Virus record (IMG/VR): IMGVR_UViG_3300023174_000056
Span: 32,001-96,000 of that record
Origin: a virus
Reading direction: 5' to 3' (one strand)
Length of the DNA: 64,000 nt
The stretch's first letter is position 1. Every line of letters begins with the position of its first letter. Positions 38,383-48,881 of the stretch are shown in pieces. Both the position numbers and the translations under genes were made by a program. The notes under the pieces were generated by a model. That model was not told the DNA's origin and ran no database searches. It worked only from the letters and a program-made list of their open reading frames with translations.

Positions 38383-38889
38383 TTACTTTGAATTGAAAAC
38401 ACTTTCTCTGGCTTTGATGCACTTGGCAATAATTTCAAATTTATGATCTATTTGACCAAATAATCTCTTACTTTCATTTAATGTAACAATTTCGTAGAAT
38501 GTATCGCCATATGCAACAAAATCTCCTTCTCTTACATACAAATCTTGATCTTCAATAAGCCTTCTACGATGAAATTTAACAGTTATTGAAGTAACACGAT
38601 CAATACCAAATGCTTCTGTTGATGTTTTTGAGCCTTCCCATTCAACTAAAACATTTATTTTAACTGGTGCAAGGAATGTTTTTTGCACAGCCTCGCCATA
38701 AATTGGATGATAGTTCGTTAACTCTCTGCTTATAGGATAGTATACAATTGTTTGTCCAATAACTCTTTCAATTAGCTCATCATTTACTTGTTTTACTAAA
38801 TTTCTCTCCTTTTCACCAAGAAAAAGAGGAGGAGGAGGCGATTCAGGCGGTAATTGCGCTATATTATCGTCTTTTTTTCTTCTAGCCAT
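38383..38889 (-). CDS. neck/head completion protein (gp14-like)
   Basis: ELIERVIGQ..YYP, IYGEA, EGDFV..G..FYEI; between neck and sheath. Confidence 0.75.
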   Translation of the reverse strand: MARRKKDDNIAQLPPESPPPPLFLGEKERNLVKQVNDELIERVIGQTIVYYPISRELTNYHPIYGEAVQKTFLAPVKINVLVEWEGSKTSTEAFGIDRVTSITVKFHRRRLIEDQDLYVREGDFVAYGDTFYEIVTLNESKRLFGQIDHKFEIIAKCIKARESVFNSK

Positions 38890-38895
38890 CTAGTT

Positions 38896-40170
38896 TTATC
38901 CTACAAATATTAAGTTTGGAACATACGCCTGAGTTTTATTGGCATCTTCCATCATTTTAGCGCTTTCTTCATTTATTTTAACATAAGTCATATCAGCTAA
39001 TAAAGTTTTTAGCTCCTCACGAAGCTCTCTTTGTTCTTCTTTACCTTCTGATATCAGTTTATCACCATTTAAAGTTACACTTTCGCCTGGAATTGGGATT
39101 GAACCAAACTTACTACGTATCTGACCAAGCATTTCTTTGCAAAGCGCTAGTGCAAAACGGCGAATCCATTGCTTTCCTATGCTGTTGATCTTATCATATG
39201 GTAAATTTTGAAAAGGCACCGAGTTCATGTTGTTAATTCCATTAACTCCACTTGTTGAATTTGGTGTGCTTTCTGTCCAAGCGTCAGTTGGGACTATAAA
39301 TTCAACCCAAAATTGCTGTGGGCTTGATGCATTTGGTACTGGAAATATTCGTAATTGATTATTTCTTATTTGGAATGACCAATCAGATACTCTTGTTTTA
39401 ATTGCATCCTCATAAGCCATAGCTTGTAACTTATTTTGCCACGCTGGGATAATTTCAAAAGTGCTATCATCTGCATATTGACCATATGTGCTTAAGTTAC
39501 CAACAACGTTAAGACCGCCAAAGTAGCCATAAAAGTTCCATGAAGCACCAGCAGTCTTGTAATAAACTTTTTTTATTGCTATTCTTTTATTACCAATATT
39601 CCATCCATTTGCTTCGCTTGCTCCACTAATAATACTTTGTAGGTCGTAGTCCTGCTGGGAAGGAATCATCGCAAATGAAGCTGAATAGACTGGCTCTGTG
39701 CCATTTGTCAGTGTTTCATTGGCAACGTAATTTGCAATATTTTTAGCATAAACAAACGACATTTTAGGAAATGCAAGATTTGCATTTGTTAAATCTTGGT
39801 CAGAACCCGATAATTGACCATCATTATTAAATGTGCCAGTTGTTTGTCCTAAAATAAAAGGTAAAGCATTTTTACTTTGATGCAAATTAATTAAATAAGA
39901 GTATTCTAAAGTTGCTTCTTCGTAAGCGGCATAAACGTTTCCTTCAACTAATTCAATATCAAGTACGTCACCGCCTAATTTCTTATATACGTGTGCTACT
40001 TCTTCAACCGCACCAGATTTAAACATACTTATCTGATCGTTTGACCAGTAATCTGTATTTAAATAAATTGCAAATGGTAAATTATTTGGGGTTACATTTT
40101 GTACATTACCAGTTGGCGGTAATATAACTTTACTCATTTGTGATACAGGGCTAAAAGCTGGTAGAGACAT
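38896..40170 (-). CDS. neck protein (gp13-like)
   Basis: LGGDVLDIEL, WIRRFALALCKEMLGQIRSKF, VTLNG..LISEGKEE. Confidence 0.85.
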   Translation of the reverse strand: MSLPAFSPVSQMSKVILPPTGNVQNVTPNNLPFAIYLNTDYWSNDQISMFKSGAVEEVAHVYKKLGGDVLDIELVEGNVYAAYEEATLEYSYLINLHQSKNALPFILGQTTGTFNNDGQLSGSDQDLTNANLAFPKMSFVYAKNIANYVANETLTNGTEPVYSASFAMIPSQQDYDLQSIISGASEANGWNIGNKRIAIKKVYYKTAGASWNFYGYFGGLNVVGNLSTYGQYADDSTFEIIPAWQNKLQAMAYEDAIKTRVSDWSFQIRNNQLRIFPVPNASSPQQFWVEFIVPTDAWTESTPNSTSGVNGINNMNSVPFQNLPYDKINSIGKQWIRRFALALCKEMLGQIRSKFGSIPIPGESVTLNGDKLISEGKEEQRELREELKTLLADMTYVKINEESAKMMEDANKTQAYVPNLIFVG

Positions 40171-40197
40171 TATTTTTTTCCTCTAATAATCATAAAT

Positions 40198-40205
40198 TAA
40201 ATAGT
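40198..40205 (-). promoter_or_regulatory. ACTATTTA motif, putative late promoter
   Basis: 28 nt before neck ATG, after a terminator. Confidence 0.65.
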
Positions 40206-40228
40206 TTTCTCGGAAATTTAAAGCAAAT

Positions 40229-40260
40229 AAAAACCCCGCCAATCTCTCGAAAGGCGGGGA
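40229..40260 (-). terminator. intrinsic terminator
   Basis: CCCCGCC...GGCGGGG-TTTTT. Confidence 0.8.
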
Positions 40261-40280
40261 TGATAAATTATGATTTTATT

Positions 40281-40682
40281 TTATTCTTCGCTCTTATCAA
40301 TATATTTTCCAACTTCGGCAGAGGCTTTCTTTCTAGCGTCTTTAACGAAATCTCTAGCTGCTTGCTCTGTTTCAAAAGGTCCATATGCATCGCTATATCC
40401 CAATGAATCAACGTGATCAACATAAAAACCTTTTTTCATTAAATCAGTTCTGTGAGCAGTACGAGCGGTCTTGTTTAAAGTCCCAGTATTCACATTTAAT
40501 TGTCTAATTTGCCATCTACCTTTATCTAATTCACTATCTGGATCTTGTGGCTCTGGAGTTCCCCCAGCTGGTGTTTTTTGGCTAAAGCGTCTTAATTGTT
40601 GTCTTTGTTTTGTTCCTAACGTATCTACTTCTTCAATTGCTTCTTTAATAAGTTCTCTTAAAAATTGTTTTGTAACTTTCAT
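40281..40682 (-). CDS. small protein with MKVTKxxLxxLIKE motif (putative internal head protein)
   Basis: Own RBS (AAGGAG), TCTATTTA variant upstream at 40713-40720 and own terminator. Confidence 0.7.
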   Translation of the reverse strand: MKVTKQFLRELIKEAIEEVDTLGTKQRQQLRRFSQKTPAGGTPEPQDPDSELDKGRWQIRQLNVNTGTLNKTARTAHRTDLMKKGFYVDHVDSLGYSDAYGPFETEQAARDFVKDARKKASAEVGKYIDKSEE

Positions 40683-40760
40683 ATTACTTCTCCTTCAAAT
40701 AAAATTATAACATAAATAGATGTTTGATTTACAAACTGAACTTTTTAGTTTTTTAACAAA

Positions 40761-40792
40761 AACAAAACCCCTCAAGTTTTCACAAGAGGGGC
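40761..40792 (-). terminator. intrinsic terminator after major capsid gene
   Basis: GCCCCTC...GAGGGGT-TTTGTTTTT. Confidence 0.75.
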
Positions 40793-40824
40793 GGTTTTTC
40801 AACCTTTAATTTGTTTAGCTAAGA

Positions 40825-42621
40825 TTAGCCTAATAGATCTTGTACAACAACTAAGCCGTACATGTCTGGGCGAACCATTGCCTTACCATAACGAGTCATA
40901 ACAGCCTTACGTGGTACGAAGGTGTTTGGATCGAAGATGGTTGGTGTTGATTGTAGTGGTACGTATGGAGCATAGACGTAGCCGCTTTCTAGGAAGCTAC
41001 CGCCCTTACGACCGACTAGGATTACGTTACGGTGGAAGTATGGGTGAACGATAACATCCCACTTCTTGTTTAGATCGCCAGTCTTTACTGCACCAACTGT
41101 GCCTTTTTCTGCATCGGCAGTTACTGATGCACGGAATCCGCTGGTGAATTCAAGAATGTTTGCAACTTCTGGTCCGCAAACTAGGAAGTTTGCGCCACCA
41201 CGTAATGTCTTACGGTGGATATTTGCTGAAACATCGTTGATGGTTTCAACTAGGGTTTCGTACCACATGCTTACGTTACCAGTGAAGTCTGGTGGAGCAG
41301 CGTAGTTAGCTAATACGTTACCAGCAATATCTAGGCCGGTATCACGGTTTACGAACTTACCTGGACGGCGTGACCAGTACTTAACGCCAGCAGTTTGTCC
41401 CTTGACTAGATCGTTTAGAATTTCTTGGTCAATTTCTAGACCAATTTGTTCTGACAACATTGAAGTTAATTCAACTTCAGCGTCTAGGTTGTGGTAAGCG
41501 TTTAGATCTTGGCCTAATTCTGGGGTCCAAGCAGCCTTTAGCTTACGGGTACGAGCAGTGATTGAGAATGAATCAACTTTTAGTTCAATTTCTGGAATTG
41601 CTGCTGAACCTTCAAATGTCCAAGGAGTTGCACCAACAATTGCACCTAATGCTGAGTCACCAACTGTTGACAAATTGTCTTTGATTGGGTATGATAGAAC
41701 TAAGTGGGTCTTGCCACTTAGGATAGCTGTTTTAGCAGCATCGCCACCTGAAGCTACAACGAATTGTAGAGCTGGTGTTCCGTCTAATGAACCGCTTTGA
41801 ACAACTTTAGCTAAACGACGAATTAGTTTTGTTCCAGTTCCAGCTAATGCAGCACCACCAGCGTAATCACCGGCTGCTGAACCTGCTGAAGCCGTTGTGG
41901 CAACTGCTGAAAGAGCGAATACGTCTTGAACAGCTAGTAAACCACCAAATGCTAGGTCGCTTATTCTTACTTCTAATACTGAGGCTGATACAACTGATGA
42001 GTCATTTAATAGATCTGCATCAAAGCGTACCAATTTCTTTTGTGCATCTGTTGCAGCTGCAACGCCGAAAGCTGCAAGTTCTGCTACGCTTCCTGTTGCA
42101 ATTGATTGGTAATAACGTGATGTGTTATAACCATTTGCCATGTTGTAGAAACCTTTTTCAGCATATTCTACACCATCTACACGTACACCACCAGTGATTT
42201 GAACGCCCAAACGATCACCAAAGAATGATGATGAAACTACGAAAGGACGGTTATCACCTTCAGCTGCGTTACCAATTGATGTACCACGGCGGAAGTCCAT
42301 GAAGAATACTAGACCGCTTGGTAGTGACATTGGTTGTACTGAAACTAGATCGTTAGCGATCAAGCCAGCAAATACACGACGGACGATTGGGAACGCAACA
42401 GCGGCAAAGCCTTGTACGTCACCACCAGCCATTGTGGTTGATTCTTTTAGTAGTTCTTTGGCTTGGTTCTCTAATAGAACTGCCATTGTTGATTTTTGGC
42501 GAGCTGATTTTAGACCTTCTAATAGTCCTGATTTTTCCCACTTGGAAACAACTGCTTCGGTTTCCTTTAACATATTGCGTTCAACGACGCCTTCTGTTAG
42601 TCTTTCTAATACGTTAGCCAT
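40825..42621 (-). CDS. major capsid protein (T4 gp23-like)
   Basis: LLENQ, FPIVRRVF, VSVQPM..PSGLVF, TRKLKAAWTPELGQDLNAYH.LDAE, YAPYVPL, MTRYG. Confidence 0.97.
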   Translation of the reverse strand: MANVLERLTEGVVERNMLKETEAVVSKWEKSGLLEGLKSARQKSTMAVLLENQAKELLKESTTMAGGDVQGFAAVAFPIVRRVFAGLIANDLVSVQPMSLPSGLVFFMDFRRGTSIGNAAEGDNRPFVVSSSFFGDRLGVQITGGVRVDGVEYAEKGFYNMANGYNTSRYYQSIATGSVAELAAFGVAAATDAQKKLVRFDADLLNDSSVVSASVLEVRISDLAFGGLLAVQDVFALSAVATTASAGSAAGDYAGGAALAGTGTKLIRRLAKVVQSGSLDGTPALQFVVASGGDAAKTAILSGKTHLVLSYPIKDNLSTVGDSALGAIVGATPWTFEGSAAIPEIELKVDSFSITARTRKLKAAWTPELGQDLNAYHNLDAEVELTSMLSEQIGLEIDQEILNDLVKGQTAGVKYWSRRPGKFVNRDTGLDIAGNVLANYAAPPDFTGNVSMWYETLVETINDVSANIHRKTLRGGANFLVCGPEVANILEFTSGFRASVTADAEKGTVGAVKTGDLNKKWDVIVHPYFHRNVILVGRKGGSFLESGYVYAPYVPLQSTPTIFDPNTFVPRKAVMTRYGKAMVRPDMYGLVVVQDLLG

Positions 42622-42644
42622 TTTTATTCTCCTGTGAATAATTT

Positions 42645-44042
42645 TTAAGTTTTGTTTGTAATTCCTGCTAATTTCTTCATTCTTTCAGTAAATGACTCAT
42701 CGGCCACTTGCTGTTTGCGATTTAAGAATGGCGAATTACCACGGTTTAACGCTTCGCTTAGTGATTCTTTTGGCTTTTTCGTTGAAAAAGCCCCTTGCAC
42801 TGTGCTTTGAAGCGTGTTATAGATGGTTTTTGCCTCTAAAACGCTTGTAGATTTGGAAATGTTTTCGACAATTTGTTCTTTTTGTCGCTCATTCAACGAG
42901 GCATTTCCTAATACTTTGTTAGTATATAGTAATTTGGCGTTTGAAATGCTTAATTTTTCAATATTTTCTTTCAAAGTAGCAAAATTTTCTTCGAATTCTA
43001 CCATTTTTTCAATTAATTCTTCGTTTTCTTTTTTGCTTTCTTCTAATTTGGCCTTTAAGTCTGACATTGCGGCTTCTTGTGCTGCTCTTTCTTCTTCTGC
43101 TTTGGCATCTCTTGCAGCAGCTTTTTCAACATCACCGGCAAATTTACGTTCTATTGTTGTTGTACCCATATAACCACGTAATTGACTTTCTGGCTTTAAA
43201 TCTACTTCTAAACGCTCCGCTAATTCAGCTAATTCTTCTTCTGTTATTTGGATATCTTCTTCCATAGATGTAGCACTCATTCTTCCACCAGACAAATTTT
43301 TTCTAGCTGATTTAGAGGCTAAATCGTGGTAGATTGCATCTGCTTCCAAAGCTTTTTTACGTGCGACTTGGACTGCTGGGTCTTCCCCTTGTTCTTGCAA
43401 TTCATCTTCTAGTTCGAGTTCCAATTCTTCTTCGTATTCTTCCATTTCGCCTTCGTGGCTACCTAAATGAATTTTTATAGCTTCTTCTAATTCTTCTTCA
43501 TTAATAGTCCCACCATCTAAAGCATCTGTATGAGTTGCGTCTGATGGCCCTTCGCCACGCTCTTCTAATTCCTCTTCTTCCAATTCTTGTTCTTCATTCC
43601 AGCCTTCAGCTAAAGGCTGTGTTTCTAGGGATGGTTCCTCTTCTGTTGATTGTTCAAGAGGCTCTTCTTCTGGTGATCCTAAAATTGGGTTTTCAACACC
43701 CATCATTGATGATATTTGTTTTTTTAATTGATCAAAATTAATAGTTATAATTTGATCATCATCGCCATCTAAATATGATGCAGGAACTTTCTCAAATGCT
43801 TTTTCTTTATTATCGTCTGCCCCTGTCATCTGTGGGACATCAGCACTAAGTGAAGCATCTGGTGACATCATTGGGTCTGTTTGCATTGCAGCAGTAGACA
43901 TATCTTCTTGCTCTAATAATTTTTCAACAGATTGTTTAAATTCTTTTGAATATTTTTCAATTAAAGCAGATTCTGCATTTTTTATAGCAATTTCTCGAAG
44001 CGCTGCTGCATCTACTATTGCTTGTTCTAACAAATTTGACAT
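42645..44042 (-). CDS. prohead core scaffolding protein
   Basis: Acidic coiled-coil with many LxE sites, NAKLLYTNK, ends ERMKKLAGI; directly upstream of capsid. Confidence 0.85.
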   Translation of the reverse strand: MSNLLEQAIVDAAALREIAIKNAESALIEKYSKEFKQSVEKLLEQEDMSTAAMQTDPMMSPDASLSADVPQMTGADDNKEKAFEKVPASYLDGDDDQIITINFDQLKKQISSMMGVENPILGSPEEEPLEQSTEEEPSLETQPLAEGWNEEQELEEEELEERGEGPSDATHTDALDGGTINEEELEEAIKIHLGSHEGEMEEYEEELELELEDELQEQGEDPAVQVARKKALEADAIYHDLASKSARKNLSGGRMSATSMEEDIQITEEELAELAERLEVDLKPESQLRGYMGTTTIERKFAGDVEKAAARDAKAEEERAAQEAAMSDLKAKLEESKKENEELIEKMVEFEENFATLKENIEKLSISNAKLLYTNKVLGNASLNERQKEQIVENISKSTSVLEAKTIYNTLQSTVQGAFSTKKPKESLSEALNRGNSPFLNRKQQVADESFTERMKKLAGITNKT

Positions 44043-44083
44043 ATAATTTTACTCCTGTAGACAGGAAAAGGAAACTTTGTAAA

Positions 44084-44091
44084 TAAATAGT
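44084..44091 (-). promoter_or_regulatory. ACTATTTA motif, putative late promoter
   Basis: 42 nt before scaffold ATG. Confidence 0.65.
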
Positions 44092-44114
44092 GTTTAATGG
44101 TACTAAAGGACTAT

Positions 44115-44423
44115 TTATTCTTTTTTTACAGTTTCTTGTGATTGCTTTGAATAAGCTTTTTTCTTTTTAGTTTTAACGGGACCGTCGCCGTTTAATTCAT
44201 CATTGTATTTTTTTGCATTTCTCTTATATCTTAGCTTTTTTTCTCTAGTGATAATTGATTTTTTTGTGAATCTTCTAGAAAAAGCACTATTATCAGCTAA
44301 AAATTGTAATAAAGAATCCTTACTACATTCTTTTAGAAATTTTTTGATAAGTTGTTCACTAGTCTCATCGGTTGGTCTTACGTGAGGAGGTAATTTTACC
44401 TCTAAGTTTACTGCTCTAGCCAT
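44115..44423 (-). CDS. divergent ribosomal protein bS21-like protein
   Basis: Start moved to MARAVNLEV; EQLIKKFLKECSKDSLL...RRFTKKSIITREKK aligns by eye to bS21 (E.ALRRFK..V.K.GIL...R.Y.KPS..RR.KK); head-module location. Confidence 0.55.
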   Translation of the reverse strand: MARAVNLEVKLPPHVRPTDETSEQLIKKFLKECSKDSLLQFLADNSAFSRRFTKKSIITREKKLRYKRNAKKYNDELNGDGPVKTKKKKAYSKQSQETVKKE

Positions 44424-44431
44424 GCTATACC

Positions 44432-44881
44432 CTATTCTTTCTTGCCTTTTCCATTTAAGGCAGTTGTAAAAGTTTTCCAAACTTCTTTATTTTGTCCCAA
44501 TAGCGCAGAAATATCTACGCCCTTTCCTTGAATACCTGGAACTACGGATGCTTCTGGGTTTAATGATTCTGCAATTTGTTCAGGATCATTTTCTGTAGGA
44601 GTTGATCCAGCAAATGGATCAAAACCACCCATTGAAATTTTTTCTAATAAATGCTTTTTTGCTTCTTGAATTTTATTTGGTTTATTCTCTGAAGTTTGTT
44701 TCATGAATTTAACTTCTTTTACCGCATAAGATTCTTCTTCTTTATTTTCTTTTACCATTTCACGTTGTCTTGTCTTAATAGACTCTTCAATAAGCTTATT
44801 TAAACCTTGTTCATAAAGAATCTCAGTTAAGCATTCTTTAATTAGCGGTTTAATTATTTTTTTTAAATTATTTTTATCCAT
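44432..44881 (-). CDS. hypothetical head-module protein
   Basis: MDKNNLKKIIKPLIKECLTEIL N-terminus; GAGG RBS. Confidence 0.7.
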   Translation of the reverse strand: MDKNNLKKIIKPLIKECLTEILYEQGLNKLIEESIKTRQREMVKENKEEESYAVKEVKFMKQTSENKPNKIQEAKKHLLEKISMGGFDPFAGSTPTENDPEQIAESLNPEASVVPGIQGKGVDISALLGQNKEVWKTFTTALNGKGKKE

Positions 44882-44889
44882 TATTACCT

Positions 44890-46227
44890 CTAAATAGCTG
44901 TTATAGTATATGGTTCATAATCACTTACATCTCTAATCATCCAAGTATATCCAAATTGGCTTGATGATATAGCTTGTAAGGTTATAAAATTATGTTGGTC
45001 AGTCTCATTTGCATGTGCAATCATACTTGAAAAATCTCTTACTGCATTTGTAATTAAATAACTATGAAATGTATTATTACCAGTTATTTTACCAGTACCA
45101 ATGTAATCTGTATAGCCTCCACTTGAATATGGATTAAATGTTATTTTATGGACCGAGTATTTACCATTTATTGTAAATAACCCATCAGAAGAAGAATAGC
45201 CTACCGGGTCTATGCTTGTTGTTCCTACATAAGTAGCATTAATAAAAGTAAACGTCTTACCAAGCACTAACGAAACTGGCGGTAAATTAATTGACATGCT
45301 CATATCGGAAACGGCATAATCAACACCTTTTAATCTTGGCTCTTGAGCAGTCCAAGGAGAATAGGTTATATTATTATAGTGTGGACTAAAGGAGAAATAT
45401 ATTGTTTTGTCTTCTGCTTGTGGAACATAACTGCTGGTGTTATATAAAAATTTATAACTGTCTAAAGAAGCGGTATTAAACGATAGAGTAACAGTAGAAC
45501 CGCTTCTATAAGTTAATACTTCGCCAGCAGAAACTACGTCGGTTATGTAGTTTTGATTATTATCACCACCGCTATTGCCGTTTACGGCAGCAGCAATTTG
45601 TTCTATGGATATAGTATTATTTCCAACAGAAAAATCTATACCAGCTTCTGTTAAACGGACCTTTGATTGATTGACAGAAAGTTCTATAATGTCGCTGTTA
45701 ATATTATAGCTGCTAGCGGATACATGGCCGATAGCAATAGAAGCGTTCTGCCCTTGTCCTTGACCATCTACGATTGAAGTTCCTAAGAAGTAGCTATCCT
45801 GACCGCCGCCAAATTCAGCAAATGATTGCGTAGTTTGTTGAATACAGTTATCAGCATAACTACCGCTGTCTCCACCGCCATTATCTCCACCATTATTGCC
45901 GCCGTTATCACCACCACCGTTATTACCACCCATAGATGCAAAAACATCCATGCCATTATAATAAATTGTAGCATTTCCATTGATATGCAAACTAGAATCA
46001 TTTAAGCAAATACCAGCAGAGGACGTAAACGGAGCATTTACTGTTATTAAATCAGCAGCGCTGCTTCCTAGAATTACATTATTTTTAAAGTCGGCATTTG
46101 CATAGACATACAAATCATCTACATTTCCATCATTATTTTCTAGTGGAGTTCCAATAGTAAATACATCCTTGGCGGCGGATGCCATATTAAGACCACCAGA
46201 AACTGTTAAAGTAGTTAATATTTTCAT
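44890..46227 (-). CDS. putative virion fibre/decoration protein
   Basis: Ser/Thr/Gly/Asn-rich beta-type sequence with a GGNN linker. Confidence 0.6.
   Translation of the reverse strand: MKILTTLTVSGGLNMASAAKDVFTIGTPLENNDGNVDDLYVYANADFKNNVILGSSAADLITVNAPFTSSAGICLNDSSLHINGNATIYYNGMDVFASMGGNNGGGDNGGNNGGDNGGGDSGSYADNCIQQTTQSFAEFGGGQDSYFLGTSIVDGQGQGQNASIAIGHVSASSYNINSDIIELSVNQSKVRLTEAGIDFSVGNNTISIEQIAAAVNGNSGGDNNQNYITDVVSAGEVLTYRSGSTVTLSFNTASLDSYKFLYNTSSYVPQAEDKTIYFSFSPHYNNITYSPWTAQEPRLKGVDYAVSDMSMSINLPPVSLVLGKTFTFINATYVGTTSIDPVGYSSSDGLFTINGKYSVHKITFNPYSSGGYTDYIGTGKITGNNTFHSYLITNAVRDFSSMIAHANETDQHNFITLQAISSSQFGYTWMIRDVSDYEPYTITAI
45871..45930 (-). repeat. degenerate GG(N/D)N coding repeat (flexible linker)
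   Basis: GGNNGGGDNGGNNGGDNGGG. Confidence 0.7.
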
Positions 46228-46238
46228 ATATAAATATC

Positions 46239-47822
46239 CTAAAATAGGTCTAATTCAATAGTTAAATCTGCTGCCAAACCGGGATTACCGGGGGTCGTCG
46301 TTTGAACAGCCAAATATTCACCAATGCCGAAATCCACAGAACAAAGATAGTTTGTAGCTTTTGTTTCGCCATCGGTTATACTTGCGGTCATAGCGGTTGC
46401 TACACCACTTCCAGGTATGCCTGTTGTGCTTTTTAGTATTGTGATAACAACAGTATGGACACCAACTAAATTACCAGGAGCAGTTCTTAAATTAATTGAC
46501 ATACCTTGTAAAATGCTTTTTTGTTGAAAGCGATAATAAACTTCGGTAGCATCGCCAGTAGTTTGATTGCCCTGCCAATAGTAATATGTACCATTAGGTA
46601 CATTTCCACGTAAACCATAAAGCAAAGTTGTTGGAGTAACATAGGTGGTAAAAGGTTTACCGCCAGCAGTTTTATTTATAAGATCACAGCCGGGGCCAAG
46701 TTGGATGCCAGTATTGATAAAGCCTGTACCTGGAGTTGTCTGTAAGATATCGCTACCTGTATAACTACCGCTTGTCGTTGGACCGCTAATGCTTGTTGTA
46801 CGCATTTGCAATGAACAACTTGCATTATCTGATTGTATACCTACATATGATCCGGTTGAAAGTGCGCTAGTTGGTGCTTTAACATAAATATTTGTATCAC
46901 GAAATGTTGTTACAACCGGAGTATCAGCATAAACACCACGTTTTTTTCCACCGCCATTTGAAAATACATTTATTGTTACACCACGGGTAAAATTAAATGA
47001 AAAGTCGCTTGGTGTTATACCAGTTGAACCACTGGCGTAAACTCCATAGACATTCGTGTTTGCGCTTGCAGTAACACTACTATTATCAACAGTCAATACT
47101 GCTGTACGTAATTTACTGTTTGTTCCTGTACTACCCGGTAATTTAATACCAATTAAGTTAGCGGTGCTGCTTGTTGAATAAAGTGTTAATGATAAATCTT
47201 CTATACGGCTATTGTTACCCATAGTAACCATAGTTACATCGCCGTTGCTTGCGGTTAGAACAAGTTTTGTGGTTTGTGTTGATAGACCACGTAGGGCACA
47301 ATTATCTGGCATTGTAAAACCAGAAGTTAAAGTATAAGTATTTGGCATTACCCAAATTGTAGGATAAGATAGACCACTGCCACTAACATAATTAATAGCT
47401 GCATTTACTGTTTTGAATGGAAGACCATTGACTACACCAGTACTATCATTTCCGTTTACACCATCAACAACAATAACATTGCCAGCCTTAGATGCGGCAA
47501 CACCAGCAGAAGCAGCATTTAGCGCATAAGAAGATGTTATAGAATAAGAAGAAGAAATAACACCTGTAACTTGTGAACCATCGCCTTTTAGTGAAGCGGT
47601 TACAGCCGTAATTGAAATACTTGGCTGTAATTGCACAGGGCTGCCTACTGTGCCATTTCCTTGAATACCATCAGTAGTCACAATAACAGGAACGTATGAT
47701 GCAGTTAAAACATAATCTACTAAAGGAGCCGAAACCCATCCTGCGCCGATACCATTGTTTATCAGTAAAGACGCAGTATTAGGCACTCCTTCTGGTAGTG
47801 GTTTAGGTCCAAAACGTAACAT
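46239..47822 (-). CDS. putative beta-helix fibre/spike protein (pectate-lyase-like)
   Basis: VDGVNGNDSTG...PFKTVNAAI...IWVMPNTY beta-helix cap motif; Thr/Ser/Gly rich. Confidence 0.7.
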   Translation of the reverse strand: MLRFGPKPLPEGVPNTASLLINNGIGAGWVSAPLVDYVLTASYVPVIVTTDGIQGNGTVGSPVQLQPSISITAVTASLKGDGSQVTGVISSSYSITSSYALNAASAGVAASKAGNVIVVDGVNGNDSTGVVNGLPFKTVNAAINYVSGSGLSYPTIWVMPNTYTLTSGFTMPDNCALRGLSTQTTKLVLTASNGDVTMVTMGNNSRIEDLSLTLYSTSSTANLIGIKLPGSTGTNSKLRTAVLTVDNSSVTASANTNVYGVYASGSTGITPSDFSFNFTRGVTINVFSNGGGKKRGVYADTPVVTTFRDTNIYVKAPTSALSTGSYVGIQSDNASCSLQMRTTSISGPTTSGSYTGSDILQTTPGTGFINTGIQLGPGCDLINKTAGGKPFTTYVTPTTLLYGLRGNVPNGTYYYWQGNQTTGDATEVYYRFQQKSILQGMSINLRTAPGNLVGVHTVVITILKSTTGIPGSGVATAMTASITDGETKATNYLCSVDFGIGEYLAVQTTTPGNPGLAADLTIELDLF

Positions 47823-47851
47823 CTTTCACACCCCCCCTTGCAAAACCTTTA

Positions 47852-48250
47852 TTAACCTACACCAACAGAGCCAGACCAGCTACCTGGTAATAAATTGGCA
47901 TCTATACCTGTTAGAGAAGCGATAACGGAAATACTTGCTGTGCTTGCGGTATTACTGAGCAAGTACAGTTTAGTTATTTTTACATCCGCCTCAAAAGATT
48001 CGTCTTTATCTAATAAGAAATAATTTGTTCCTTTTACGCCATTAGCACTAAAACCAACTCTAACTTTATTGGTAGAACCATTTACATTTTTTATAAGTAT
48101 TGTTTTAGTCACGCTTGGAAAAGTTACTTCTAGCGGTTCAGAAGAAGACACTGGTGCCGTTAAGGACGATGTAACCCACGGAATACCGCTTACTTGATAA
48201 TTACCTACATTATTTAAACCTGCTTTTGGGACATATGTAAAATCACTCAT
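47852..48250 (-). CDS. putative virion structural protein
   Basis: GLNNVGNYQVSGIPWVT, beta-rich, in head module. Confidence 0.65.
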   Translation of the reverse strand: MSDFTYVPKAGLNNVGNYQVSGIPWVTSSLTAPVSSSEPLEVTFPSVTKTILIKNVNGSTNKVRVGFSANGVKGTNYFLLDKDESFEADVKITKLYLLSNTASTASISVIASLTGIDANLLPGSWSGSVGVG

Positions 48251-48251
48251 T

Positions 48252-48860
48252 TTATTTTCCTACTATATCGTTCAGTAAACGATTTAATTTATCTGCCTTG
48301 CTAAAAACTTGATTAATATCTCTTCTTTTGCCTTCACTCATCATAAAAGCGCCTGGAGTTGATGGTTCTTGGACGAAATCAAAACAAATTAATTGAAAAT
48401 CATCTTCAACTATTGTTTTTCCGCCTTCTTTTCTTGTTGAGCCTAAGCCTCTAGAAGAAATTCCTAGTTTTACTCCACCTCTAACTAGATTTTTAAGAAT
48501 ATTACCAGAAGGAGTGTCTAATACCTTAACTTTGCCCATAACATTATTGCCGTCCCACCATATTTTTGTTACCATATGGGATGCATTCTTTAAATTAACA
48601 ACAGAGTCATCTGGGTGGTCCAATTCTCCCAAAGCTCTTCGGTCTTCCACTATTCTTTGATAGTTTTCAATTTCTCTTTCAAGAATATTTCTAGAATAAA
48701 CACGGCCATTTCCATTTTCTTGATCGCATTTTTGCATTATACCCGTCAAGAAAACAACGCCGTTATTTTTTATCATAATCTTCTCATCTTCCGTTAGAAG
48801 ATCTTGACAAAAACCGCCTTCACATAATTCATAATATTCTCTTAATAATTCTTGTGCCAT
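48252..48860 (-). CDS. prohead core protease (gp21-like)
   Basis: NGNGRVY, ALGELDHP, SHMVT, TPSG.IL, GISSRGLGS, DFVQEPS. Confidence 0.96.
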   Translation of the reverse strand: MAQELLREYYELCEGGFCQDLLTEDEKIMIKNNGVVFLTGIMQKCDQENGNGRVYSRNILEREIENYQRIVEDRRALGELDHPDDSVVNLKNASHMVTKIWWDGNNVMGKVKVLDTPSGNILKNLVRGGVKLGISSRGLGSTRKEGGKTIVEDDFQLICFDFVQEPSTPGAFMMSEGKRRDINQVFSKADKLNRLLNDIVGK

Positions 48861-48881
48861 GTTTTATAACCTATTTTGAGT

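Noticed and set aside
45871-45930. GGN repeat as a diversity-generating or VNTR locus
   Set aside because: Degenerate at DNA level; simple flexible linker, and no reverse transcriptase or template repeat seen
47831-47837. G7 tract before the beta-helix fibre gene as a phase-variation switch
   Set aside because: Short, and explained as the RBS; no evidence of length variation without reads
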